Shown here in pieces: positions 27,030-39,870 of a DNA stretch of 64,000 nt. The notes beneath the pieces were generated by a model that was not told where the DNA came from, did not search any database, and worked only from the letters and a program-made list of their open reading frames with translations. Position 1 is the stretch's first letter, and the number at the start of each line of letters is the position of its first letter. The stretch comes from Eledone cirrhosa. Lineage: Eukaryota. A program made the position numbers and the translations under genes. Location: contig CAXHJY010000554.1 of the NCBI GenBank assembly GCA_964016885.1, positions 23,742-87,741 on the forward strand. Direction: 5' to 3'.

Positions 27030-28870
27030 TTTTTATGTACGTCTTTTCAATGTTGCATGATTTGGATGGGTCCTTTTCAGCACAGCATCTCTCCACTCTC
27101 CACATTCCTTCGTTATCTCCTCTGTGAGACTTAGCAATTTGAGATCAGCTCTCACTGCCCAGGGCTTCCTTGGTCTACTTTTACTGTGGCTTCCTTCTAC
27201 AGGGATTTCCTGGCACTTCTTCACCCAGCAATAATCATCCATGCATATCACATACCCATACCAACACACTCATCTCTTTTGCACACCACTTCAGATTCCT
27301 TTTAAACCCAAGCATGGAGGCTTCATTTCTTTCCAATTTTCACAGGTCCTCTTCGCACAGTGTCCAGGCCTCACTGCTGTGCAACATTGTTGTTTGTATA
27401 CATGCATCATACAATCTTTCATTTTGAGGGAAAAATCTTTTGTAGTTAGCAGCAGTGGTAACTTCCTGAAATTTCTCCAACCCGTTTTCACTCTGGCTAC
27501 TGTGCTTTCAGAACACCCTCCTCCATTTCTAATTTGGTCACCCAGGTAACAGAAACTATCTACTACTTCTACACAGCCCTCTGGGCATTTGAAGGAGTTT
27601 GTAACCTGAAAGCTCTTGCTACTTACTTCCCCTGTGCACTGGCCACATGTAAAACCTACATTTTTTGCTAGCTTGCCTGAGATCCCACTACATTTCTTGT
27701 GTACTCATAATTTGCATTTGAGACATAGGATGGAATTTTTACCTAATCCTTTTCTGCATACTGAACACGGCCATTTCCCCGATGAGATCTGGGCCATTTT
27801 CTTTTCTACTTACTAGGACTAGAGTCTTTGCCAAGTTGACTTTGAGACCTTTTGATTCTAGGCCATGCTTCCAAGTTTGGAATTTCTTCTCTAATTCAGC
27901 TATAAGGGTTAGGTCATCTACATATAGGAGTTCCCATAGGCAGCTAGTCTTAAACTCCTCCGTTATTGTATGCAGGACGATAATAAACAGGAGAAGGCTA
28001 AGAACTAAGCTATGATGGGCACCAACTTGCACACTGAATTCTTAGTCATTATTAATTCTGACCTTGCATACTGTTCCTCTATACATGGCTTGTACTGCCT
28101 TCACAAGCCACTCATCTATTCCTAGTTTTCTAAGAGCCCACCAGATAATGGAATAGGGGACTCTGTCAAAAGCTTTCTCCAGGTTCACAAAAGCCAAGTA
28201 GAGGGGTTTACCTTTAGGTAGGTACTTCTGCAATTACCTTACAAGAAAGAGGGCATCTGTGGTACTTTTACCTGGTACAAATTCAAACGGCATCTCATTT
28301 AGGTTAACTTGTTCCCTAATCAGCTGTGCAATGACGCTTTCTGCAACCTACATAACTTGGTCAACCAACTTAATGCCTCTATAGTTTTCTCTATCTAGAG
28401 CATCACCTTTGCCTGTGTAGCAGTTGATGATGCTGCTGCTACGCCGGTCATTGGGTATGACACTATTTTGTATTACTTAGTTTACAATGCAGGAGACTAT
28501 GGTGTGGCCCACCATTCCTAATGCTTTCAGTGTCTCAGCAACTATCTCCAAAAGTCCAGCTGCCCTGCCTATCTTCATATACTTGATTGCTGTACTTACT
28601 ATACTACTGCTGACCTGTACAGCCAATCCCCCTGTTGGGTCAACTTGGGGAACACTATCTTCTTCCCATGCATTCTCCTTATTCAGTGGTGCTTCCATCA
28701 TACCTTCTTTTCAGCGTCAGTCAAGACAAGTTTGCCATAATCATTTCGGACACATTTCTTCCCATCGACATCACAATTTTCCATGATACACTGGATGGTG
28801 ATCCTGAACACCTCACGCTTCAAAACCTGCTTAAATTTTTTGTTTTCCGCTTCCCTTGTGGCAAGGTATA
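27030..28870 (-). mobile_element. Degenerate RTE LINE (RT region)
   Basis: YLAFVNLEKAFDRVP, ELLYVDDLTL, GLKVNLAKT; multiple stops and frameshifts. Confidence 0.9.
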
Positions 28871-29926
28871 ATCGTCGCCTAGCATTCTAGTAGAGATCTC
28901 TACTTCCCCCATTTTGCCAATCCTTCCAAGCATGTCTTTTGGCTTTAATTGTCTCACCTTCACCTTTATATTTAGGTATATTGGAATTTCGTTTGATATA
29001 TTATACAATATTTGGGAATATTGGTATATATATATATGATATATACACAATGTACACTATAGTTAGGTATATTGCTATTTTATTTGATCGATACACAATG
29101 TACACTATTCTTTCTCAGTTTTGATTCCTCCTCTGGGGAGCCATCATAGATAGGATATGATTTGATGGAATTTGGCTGCTATATAGAGGGGTTTGCATGG
29201 GCTTGATGTATCTGGTGTTTAAGAACATGGAGACTCTTTGTTTTGAAGTCATTTAATGTCCTACATTCATCTAGTGGAGAATCATGATGAAAGCATGGCT
29301 GTCTTGGCATATTGCTATCCAGATTTTTCTAGTGATTACGAGGTAAACTTAGTTGGAGCGTGATAATTGCGGTCCCTCTGCAATTGCTATTGATGCTGTG
29401 ACACTCACTACACTCTTTTAGGCCTATGAACTTATTGGTGCTTCTAAATTTGTTCCCAAATGATGGATCTAATATATTGTTTCTAGATTTGTGTTGACCA
29501 ATCATTTTATAGGCTAGTCAGGACAATGTCCATAACTTTTGCAGTATGTCATAAGACTAATGAAATCGATATAATTGATGTTACGGTTGGGAAAAGCCTG
29601 TGTGTGACCTAAGTATGTTTGCACATAATTTTGTTTTGGCTGTCTTCTGCGTCCAGGTTCGTATCATTGTGGTAGCGATGTTTGAGTATTTTTTCTCACA
29701 ATGATAATGGTTTCTGATTTAGGCACAAGGCCAACAATTTTGTGGAGGAGGGAAAAATCGATACCAGTACGTTACTGGTACTTTATTTCTCACTATACTA
29801 ATAATAGAAACAGCAATTGTTATACTGCCTTCTTGTCTTTATATTGTTGAGCGTGGTGATCGCTATTATCTGATGTTGCTGATAAGAAAGATATTGGAAT
29901 GGATAGGTGCTACTATTAGTCTAATG

Positions 29927-30258
29927 CAGCATTTCTCAACTTTTTTACCCGTGTGGAACCCTTAAAATAGTTTTCATGTCTCAGGGAACTCCCGCATAAA
30001 AATTACTATATACCATTATTAATATCTATCTATTTTATATTTTTATCGTAGTTCACGTGCTAAACATAATATATTTATAATATAAGAGGTTGAAGCTTTA
30101 TTATATATAATAACCAAGGGTTTTCCAACAATATGCCATACTTGTATAGTAAAATTACGAGTATACAATTAAACAAAATTACTCAAAAATGCATTAGCTT
30201 ATTTATCAGTATCTCGCGGAACCATAGGATTCCGGTGAACACCGGTTGTGAAACACTG
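29927..30258. mobile_element. hAT/Charlie-type MITE
   Basis: TIRs cagcatttctcaac / gttgtgaaacactg; imperfect TSD gtctaatg/gtctagtt. Confidence 0.75.
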
Positions 30259-31410
30259 GTCTAGTTAAGAGAGTTGTTTGTAGCAGCTCTCTCTGGAAAT
30301 AATGAGATGTGAATATCATGTGTAATAAAAGTTAAAAAGTGTAAGAGGGTGTGTCCTTGTGCAACACTGTTAGGTAAATTGCAAATTCTAGACGAAACAT
30401 TATTGTATTCTACATCATAAGATTCCGATCCTATACCTACGTTGTTGCAAAATGAATTTTAAAGGGAAAAAATCCTTTGAATTAATCTTAAGATCTAACA
30501 AAGATTTTTATTTTATTTTATAGATAACCGAACAATCGATATTTTATTGTTAGTGTATTATTTTATCAACTCTAATTTATGGAGCCGGCTGGATTATCCA
30601 GAAATGATGGAAAGAGACCAGACGGTCTTACCTTTTATCTTTGTGAAAAAGATAGGCGTCTCATCTGAGACTTAACAGTCAGTGACTCTTTTGCACCCTC
30701 CCATGTCATGGACGCCGCGGTAAATGTGAGGGCTTCCGTTACCGAACGGAATAAAATTCGGAAATATCTGGATTTATCTAATAACTATTTTTCGAGACGT
30801 TTGGTGGAGTTGGGTCGCTAACAGCGAAGTTCTTATCGCTGGCGGCTTGCCTTACTGGGGTGTTAGAGTGCCTGGTTGTTTCAGCGCCTTAGCCTAGCTA
30901 TTACCAGTAGTGATGTTGTGAGTGTGTTAGCTTGCCTCAAGATGTTCCGTTGATCCTTATGATGTGCGGCCGATTGTCGCACTTGGTGGCGAATTGTTGG
31001 TCGTTTTTGCTCCCTCCCCGCTTTCTTTCGCCCTGGTCGTGTTTTGGTGCGTTGTTTTTGTGAGGTTCCTGGCGATGGCTGGTTGTATTTGTTATATGCG
31101 TTTATATGTGTATCAACATTATATTTGTAATGTTATGTGTACAACTGTGAATAACGTTTTATATTTCCAATTGTGAAAGAAACGAAGAAAAACAAAACAA
31201 AAAATATGCAAACATTGATGAATTGTAAATATACTTCTATAATAAATTGTTTTTACTTTTGGCACAAGGCCAGCAATTATATCAGTGTATTACTGGTGCC
31301 TAATTTTATCGACCCCTTAAGGATGAAAGGCAAAGTTAACCTCGGCGAGATTTGAACTCGGACCATAAAGGGCCATAACTATGCTGCAAAAGCCGTTTAA
31401 ATAGTTCTGT

Positions 31411-31450
31411 CAACCGACCAATCAGAAGCAGGTAGACGGTGGTCTACACG
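31411..31450 (+). promoter_or_regulatory. Putative promoter of V5: GACCAATCAG plus GTAGACGGTGGTCTAC palindrome
   Basis: Lies about 120-160 nt upstream of the ATG and is homologous to 21639-21690. Confidence 0.55.
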
Positions 31451-31571
31451 ATAATATATCTTTAGGGTATTTTCTTTTTTGCTGGTACTGGGACCATCTT
31501 AAATTTGATAAATTCCCATGCAGGTCCACCGTTCTGCATTACTTTTCATTTGATTCTGAAGCTTGCTATAA

Positions 31572-31812
31572 ATGCCAACCAAGTGCATTGTGAAAGGCTG
31601 TCGTTCCCTTCAGAAGAAAGGTGGGCCGATTAGCTTCTACCGACTACCATGGAAAAATATACATTTAAGAAATGAGTGGATACGACGAGCTGGATATGAC
31701 CCAAATAATTATGAAGAAGTGAAGCATATAAGTCGTGACCATCGGGTGTGCAGCAGGCATTTCTGGAACAACCGCAAGGAAAGTCCTTATGATCTCCCAA
31801 CGATTTACCTGG
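31572..31812 (+). CDS. THAP zinc-finger coding exon (V5), paralogue of V3, phase-1 donor
   Basis: 74/80 residues identical to V3 by manual alignment. Donor CTGG|GTAAAG at the same position (31812/31813). Confidence 0.88.
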
Positions 31813-32001
31813 GTAAAGAAACTATCTATGAAACCTGCTTCATTTTTAAAAATTAATTTATGAGTATAATTTGTAGTCCATCTCGTTTCCTCCTTTTTGC
31901 TCTTTAAACAGCTATCCAATGCGTGCTTTTTCTTTCTCTCATTCAGCACACATACTAATGTGATACCGTCGCCGTCTTAACGTTACTTAATATTTCGAAC
32001 C

Positions 32002-32052
32002 TTCTACCTCATTTTCATTGGTCGGATTAAAACTTGAGCTAGCATGACGTCA
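32002..32052. promoter_or_regulatory. Second copy of the inverted CCAAT + CRE block
   Basis: ttctacctcattttcattggtcgg..catgacgtca. Confidence 0.5.
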
Positions 32053-34331
32053 CCGGTATCTAATGCATTTACTTTAGAATACAAACTAACCGGTTTAGGT
32101 GTCCCAACCTTCTAAACATGGTTAAATCTCCTTTAAATGGTTCTCTACAGTCTTGAATTAAGAAAGGGCATACTGGATAATGTACTCTTAGATTCACTAT
32201 GCCTGAAAACAAAGCACTTTTAATTGTAATGATTTTGTTGGGCAGCCGCATGTTGATGAAAACGTAAACAAGTAGACGAAGAAAAGTAAATAAATACTTG
32301 GGACTTTACTTTTATCTCTGATGGTATATTTATAACTGTTATTCTTTCATGAGGTTTTCCCTCAAGTTTAAAGGGTAGCAGAGAAATTCGTTATATCTTT
32401 CCCCTAGAAATGGAAAAGTGAAATGCCTAAAAGCGAATTGGAATGAAACAAAGAAAGGTGTGACCAGCCAATTTTATTTTACTCTATGCATATTTCAGGG
32501 TAATTTATGCATAGAAAATAATTAACGGCAACTAATGGACTGGAATAAGTAGTTAAGCCCCTGGTCGGGGACTGATTGATCCACGAGGCTAAAGTGGACA
32601 CGGTTGTATAGCTGTGCGATTGCGTGGTTTCCGTTTCAGTTTCACTGACCTTGGCCAAAGTATCTTGTCATGGCATCGGGACAACCAGAATGTTTGTGAG
32701 GAAACTTAGTAGACAGAAACGTCTGAAAGCTCATGGTGTTGTTTAACACCGACACCTGGTCCATGAAAACAATCACGGAAATCTTGAAAAGAGTTGAAAT
32801 ATATCAACATTTATCTATCCCTATAAAATCCGGGAGATTGTGCTTTATTATAATAGATCAATTTTCAATTTGTGTATATATATATATATACATACACATG
32901 CAAATTCTATAGCGCTTTTCAAGTATTTCTAGATAAGCGACTCGATGAAATAGTTCAGGTCTAGAGAATTCGATTTATATGAAATATAAATGCATTTCAA
33001 AGTGATTTAATGATATTTGTGAAGCTGTTTCAATTGGGAGTCTGTTTTCTGAAAACATAACTTTTATCACACACACACACATACTCTCTCTGGATGTCTG
33101 TTAATGAGAAGTCTGTGGGGAATATTTTATTTGATGTTTGTTTATTTTATAAAAAAAAATACACGTCAAAATATTTTAAATGATATTTATTGTTTATTTC
33201 TTTTTTAAACAAGGTGTTAACTAAAGTAGTAATGTTGATTATTTAACATTAGATGCTAGGTGATATTAAAGTCACGGAAATCTTTTAATCATTCTACACA
33301 CTATAGTTAATTTTCCTTAATTTTAATTATAAGGATGCTTATGTTAAATTAGTATAAAGCTGTTAATTCCGTGCAAGAAATTTTGTATGCAAGACCTTTT
33401 TTCTTATAAGGTGAAGGATGGATACAGAAAAAAGAATCAATGATCTAAAGGATGACAAGTACTCTTTAAGTAATTTGAAAGATTTTTAAAAGTAAAATAT
33501 ATTTCTTTGCAAGTGTTTCGAGTAAAGAGAAATAAAAGGAAGAGTCATTGTTGGTATTATTTTTTTTTTGGGGGGGGGGGGGGGGGGGTCATTTGCAATT
33601 CTTCTATTCAAATAAATATATTGCATTGTCAGTTCAAAATTGATGATATTATGTGTACTGGATTGGCAGTATCGGTAGAGGGTCGGACGCCATGCTTTCC
33701 AGCATAGTTACGTCCTTTACGATCTGAGTTCAAATCCCGCCGAGGTTGACGTTGCCTTTCATCCTTACGGGGTCGATAAAATAAAGTACCAGTAATGCAC
33801 TGGATAATTGCTGGCCTTGTGCCTAAAGTAGAAACAATTATGTGTACTAGGAGCCAGTTCTTTAAGATGTGTATTTTCCCCGTTCTCGTCAAAATAGTCG
33901 ACTTAGAAAATTTAAATTGCTACTTTATATTAGATATTGTTCATCCAATGAATATACATTTTCAGTTAATCTCAAACACCAATTGTAATAGACATAAAGA
34001 GATCGATAAATAGTTTTAACAGAACTTCGCAGCCATTTTTACAAGTCTTATAATAACCATTCTTCTTTTCATTTTTTTCGGTAATTTTAATGTAAGATCA
34101 AGTCCGAACTTCCGGTTAAAACAAGCTTCGTTTTTTCCCCAAGTTAGAAATCATATTCGGAAAGATGCAGTGAAAGGATGAAGTGGTTTTTCGCTTTACT
34201 CAGCTGAAATATTGTCAGCTTTCATTTATAAATAATAGAGAATTTTCAACAAACCGAATAACAACAAAATCAGGTTAGGGGAAAATACTTTCACTTCTAC
34301 TTCGGCAAACGAAGAAAGAAATCTGAATAAA

Positions 34332-34563
34332 ATGGGTTTTAAACGAATGAAATATACTTCAAAATTTAAACTACAAGTCGTGATGCTGGCTTTGAAAACC
34401 AATAATTCGGAAGCTGGGAGACAATTTAGTGTTAATGAAAAACTTGTTCGGGACTGGAGGAAAAAGGAAGCTGAACTTCGGAATATGCCACCCACAAAAT
34501 GTTCTAATCGCGGTAAGAAAAATACTGACAAAATCAATATACCATGTGTTAATTTTTTTACAG
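34332..34563 (+). CDS. Brinker-DBD/pogo-type HTH coding exon (V6), phase-1 donor
   Basis: MGFKRMKYTSKFKLQVV..NNSEAGRQFSVNEKLVRDWRKK. Two candidate donors, both phase 1: GCG|GTAAGA at 34512 and CAG|GTGAGT at 34563. Confidence 0.8.
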
Positions 34564-36152
34564 GTGAGTTTGACATTTCGAATTAATAATAATGATAATT
34601 TCTTACATTGCTGAAGAAATTGTATAAAGAAATGACTAATTAGTCAGCAATGTTGATGGTTATTAATTAGTCTAGGTTTTTAATTATGGATTTTTGGAGG
34701 AATTTTGCAACAACTGTTGTTGATATAAAATCATGTTTGATGAAAACAATATATTCTTAGGCGGTTGTGAAATTATAACAAATGATGATGACGACGTAAT
34801 TGTAGCCACATATGAGAATATAATTTACTACTTATTTGCTTTACTTTCATTTAAAAATGTATTTGTAATTAATGAAAATCCCCTGCAACCTCACATTGTC
34901 TTGTGTATAAAGGTCGTCACAGTTGCGTAACTATTCTAAATGTAATATCGAATAAGTGGCCAGAATTGTTTTAAGTCTCCTAGCTGGGGTTTTGTAGTTT
35001 TCAGAAATTTCCGCCCTCTATATAAACAAAATTGAATTATTTCAACACTTCAAATACAAACGAAATATATAGTTGATTACAGTATAATGTTAATGATATC
35101 AACTAAAATTCGTTGGCTCAGTGACCATGAAATAATACAGTATTTTCTGCTTGTTTTGGTATTTTTATGTTGGTGATATTCTAGAGAAACAAATGCTACG
35201 TTTTTAATATTTATACCTCCTAATTTAAGTGTAGTTTTGTTTTTAATTTTATTCTTTTCTGTTTCGCTATTTTTTGCCTTGTAAATTTCTTCGGTTATTG
35301 GATCGTTCATATTGATTGATCTGTTTGATGCTTATCAGAATTATACAGCCTTGTTCTCTCTACACGTGGTTGTTATAAGTGAGGTGTATATTTATGGTTA
35401 ATAAAAAAATTAATTTTTGTTGAAATAGAAAAAATACAGGAATCAATAAAAGATCGAATGGACGTGTAGTTTGTTTGAGAGAATTCAGCAAATAATAGAT
35501 TTTTGCGCTCAATTAAACACACATTAATTTGGTGTTGATTGATAAAATTTGCTTTTTAAATATTTCTATGTCATAACGTGAAAAATATTCGATTAGGTTC
35601 AGAAATCCCTAAGTTTTACCTCTACACGACTGCCATGCAATAGAATGTTGATTACCGATTTTAAAAAAATTTAAAAAATTCGCGCAAAATGTTTTTTGCG
35701 GCAATTTGTTAAGAAGCAGTTTAGCGGAAATATTAAAGTTTTCAAATCGGAGCAATCCTATTGAAATGTTTACACGCTTGTTCATTGACAGTTTCCGATT
35801 TCTGTAGTTAAAACACAATAATATAAAACAATCTGGAGTAATTCATTAATCGATTACACTTCCGTTTTTGTATTTCCACTCGGAGTTTGTGTTTTCTTTT
35901 AAAAGAAAGCAAGCAAGCCAATCTGAATTGAATAACTGGAATAATTTGAAGACTAGTGTCAAAGGAACAGAAGATGAACCCTATATGATGGATTGGAAAA
36001 AAAAGCCGTATAGTAAGAAGGATCTACAGAGAAGTAAAGCAAGCACTAAAGCAAGCAAGCAAGCAACCTACCGACCAACGGAGTGTGCGGCCGACATGCT
36101 TGGATGTGTATGTGGGCAGCCATATTGCTTTGAATGAAAACACTGTAGAAAG

Positions 36153-36223
36153 ATGGTGAACTTCTGTGCCGTGTTTGGCTGTAACAGTAAACACAAGACT
36201 GGGAGCGGCATTTCCTTCCACAG
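36153..36223 (+). CDS. THAP domain first exon (V7a): MVNFCAVFGCNSKHKTGSGISFH-R, phase-2 donor
   Basis: aagATGg start, C-x4-C THAP N-half, 71 coding nt, donor CAG|GTAAGA. Not in the ORF track. Confidence 0.88.
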
Positions 36224-39200
36224 GTAAGATTATTTTATCTTTTGTTGTTGCTACTTTAAATTTGTTTTTTCATTTTTACTATTTCCATTAATGTTTGTTT
36301 AAATATATATTTATTTCTGTATGACAATTCCAGCGAAGTCTCTAAGCCAGTACATAAGGATTAGCTAGTTTAAGTTAGTGTAGGAGCGGCGACTAATACC
36401 TTTCCAATACTATCACTGTTATTTTTCTTCCTCTCACTTTCATGTCTCTCTTATCTCGCTCTCTCACTCGATGTATTTGCATCTCTGTTTGCGCCAATCT
36501 TCTCCCCCCCCCCCCCTTCTCTCACTCTCTCACACTATCGCACTCGTTCCACGTTTTTAGAGGTTTTCACATGGGTTTTATCGATTCACTCACCGGGGTT
36601 TGCTTTTTTTTTTTTACATTATTTTCGCTATAATATAGCACTCCTGTTGATCTATTCAATATAAATTGTCTTGTTGCAATATATCGCATTTGTAAGTCCA
36701 TTTCGTCTATTAGTATTCCTTTGTCTTCGATCAAGATGAGAAGTGACTGTTTAGGAAAAAACTAGAGAAATGAAGAGGAGAGAGAGCCATAGGGGGATAA
36801 TTGATGATTGCAATTTTAGCGACAGAACTACTTGTCTTTAACTTTTAATTGTATTCTTAGATTGGCCGGCACATGTTCTGTGTTTACAACGTGTGATAGA
36901 GGGTGTGTGTACTACAGTAAATAGTCCAGTCGAAAGAGCCCTTCAATTTTTCGTTTTCCTGTATATGATTATTTCTTGTTGAATTTCTGATTTCTAAACA
37001 TGATCAAATGATAAAGATATGTCTTTTCTTCACCTACCCCCACCTCATGTATTGTGACTAATGTGCACTATATTGTATGTGTATCTCTTTAAGGACGACT
37101 TTCTTGTTTTTGTCAGACATAAATCGTAAGTGCTAGTAATGTTTTGAGTTCATTGATTAAAATGTCTTCTTATTTGAGGATATTTCTTGCCAGCAATGGA
37201 TACACGGATGGTTTTCTGAACGTGTTACCAGCGAATACTTATCCTGGTACTTGGTTCTCAATAACTCAGTCCACTGAATTGTGGTTTAACTACACATAAG
37301 TCAGCCTAAGTGAACAGTTCTGTAATCTCTTGAGCATTGCGTAACTATGACTTCCTCGTTTTTTGAAAGTTGTAGGGTGTAATTGGAAGATTTGGCTGCT
37401 ATTTCTGGCAGGTCAAGAAGCCATGTACAGGCTCCTCATACTTCTTAGCTTTCAGTAGATACCAGCAGTAGTATTGTTCACAATTATAGACAATGATACT
37501 CTCTCTAGAATTAATGAATGATTCATTGGATTGTCATGTAATCTACATAATTCTTTCTCGGAGGGAAAAACTACCAGTATCATCATGGTTATGACTTAAT
37601 TCTGCAGAAACTGGAGATAAGCCCATGGATATTTATTATTTAGAAAAGGATATGTAATGCTAGAGCATAAGTGAGCTGAAAGAAAAGTTAAGTATAAGAG
37701 GAATTGAATGTAGTATGTAAAAGAAACTATTGTGTTAGTATAGGGTCATGTTATGTGTAAGGAGAGTGAAAGTTGTACTATGGAATAGGGAGACCTAAGA
37801 AGCGAAGGGATGAAGATATAAAGAATGACCTCAAGAAGCTGAGCCTCGCGAAGGAGATGACACAAGACTAAGCTGACTGGTAATATGCTATAAAACAAAA
37901 GACCCACTCTCCCACACAAGCACAATGGCACAATATAAATTAGTGGGCAACCAGAGGCTATAGTATTAATGATTGAATTGAGACAATAAAAGGTTTGCAA
38001 GGACCCTTCAGTCTTGATGAGCATATAATAACCACTCTATTGCTGATGCCTTGATAAAATGCACCCACAACACTCTGCAAAATGTTAGTGTTGGTGCCAC
38101 AAGAAAATGTTAGAGGTGGTGCCATGAAAATACATGCTCAGTACACTCTGTAAGGTAGTTGTTGTTGTTAGGAAGAGCATCCATCCATACAAGCCATACC
38201 AAATATGGAATGTGTGGACAAGTTGGGTAGATCTGATAACCCATTCAACTGAAGCCATTGAGGAAAGCAGATAAAATGATGCTGATGATGACGACAACAA
38301 TGAAAATGGATTAAAATATGTGCTAGTCACTGACAGAGCAACACAAATTCTTGCTTAAAATTAAAGTATTTTATAGTAGTTAAATTAGAAAGTTGGTGAT
38401 ATTGGCCTATGACAAGTTTAAATATACTGTATACATTTTGTTGTGTACATTTTAGTTTGCATGACTGTTTATTATCAGTACCTTATCATCGGTCTGATAT
38501 TTGAGATACACTGTAATTTTTCAAGAAAATGTTTATCTTAATAAAATATAACCAGTTCTTAAATATTCTGTGTATCAGCATTGTTTACATTCAGTTTTAC
38601 AAGTTGGCATACCTGGAGGGACATTTGCATATGTAATTGCTGTGACAAATGTTTTATTCCTTTGTGCTAACCATTAAACCATAAAGACTTGTTATCAACC
38701 AGAGAAAATGTTGTGGGTGGTAACACATGCCAATAGCTAAATATATTAACTTACCAAAAGACTGGTCTGTTCTAGACAAGTAGACTACTCATACTTAACA
38801 AAATAGTTAAATTAGTTTCCTCTTGTAGTTGAAATTATGTACTAAATAGTTGCAAACTTCTTACAATGAAGCTACCTTACATTAACCAAGTTCTTTTTAT
38901 ATGTAATTACAAAGGTGATGGCATGTAGTGACATGGTAAAAACATAAAGGGGACCAATCACAGGGTGTTGGCATTGTCTCAAATATATTTGTGTTGAATG
39001 GATACATTGAAAATGTAGTGTGAGAGGATTATTAAACTGGTTATAGCTTTAGTTAAGCTATTTGCAAAATAACAACAAATGGTGATTTGTTGAACTTTGG
39101 TTTATTGCATGACAAACGTTTTCAAATGTAAGAAGGAGCAACCTACCCCTAAAGTCCAAGTCTTGTTACCTGACTCACTAGGAGTGTCTTCACTGTCGAC

Positions 39201-39279
39201 TAGTTCAATAACAAGTCTGCAGTAAAGGCCTTTCCATCAACAGTTTGTCTTTTACTAGCTTGTGGCAATTCTTTACATG

Positions 39280-39870
39280 ACAAATATATTTAAGTGTAAA
39301 ATGTGCATAAGGGAAGCTGCAAATGGAGAGGGTTTTCAGCTGGATCTTGAGAATGTTGGAAAAATGGAATGTGTGGTAAGGTTTTGTTATCTAAGAGACA
39401 TGTTGAATGGTGGTAGTACAGTAAGGTGTGCATGGAAGAAGTTCTGGGAACTAAGTGGCATGCTAACAAAAGAGTGTAGCTGAAAATGAAGGGGAAAGTG
39501 TATGCTGTCATAGATGTGAGACATGGGTGATGAACGTGGAACAACAGAGGAGGCTGGAAAGGATAGAAATGATAATTGTTTAGTGGATGAGCAGAATATC
39601 ACTCTAACAGGAAAACTACTATGAATTGCAAAGGACGATAGTAATAGAGCCAGGGGCGAATGTCGTTAAGAGAAATGCAATGGCATGGTTGGGTCGTGTG
39701 TTGAAGGATGAAAGAGACCAAATGACAGGAATGGTGAAAATCCATATGGAAGGAAGTAGAGGCAGAAGAATACCAAGAAAAACATGGTTTAAAATAAAGG
39801 AGATGTGGAGAATTGGGCAAAATAGAGAAGCTTGTCATGAGGCCTAGCTAACTACTGTTTTTTGGCTAAG
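39280..39870 (+). mobile_element. Old RTE LINE 3' fragment
   Basis: VVRFCYLRDML..AWKKFWELSGML; WLGRVL..GSRGRRIPRKTW. Confidence 0.75.

Noticed and set aside
30600-31100. CpG-rich patch as an extra coding unit
   Set aside because: No domain-like ORF on +; it appears to belong to a decayed element on the minus strand (~29.2-31.1 kb) that I could not classify.
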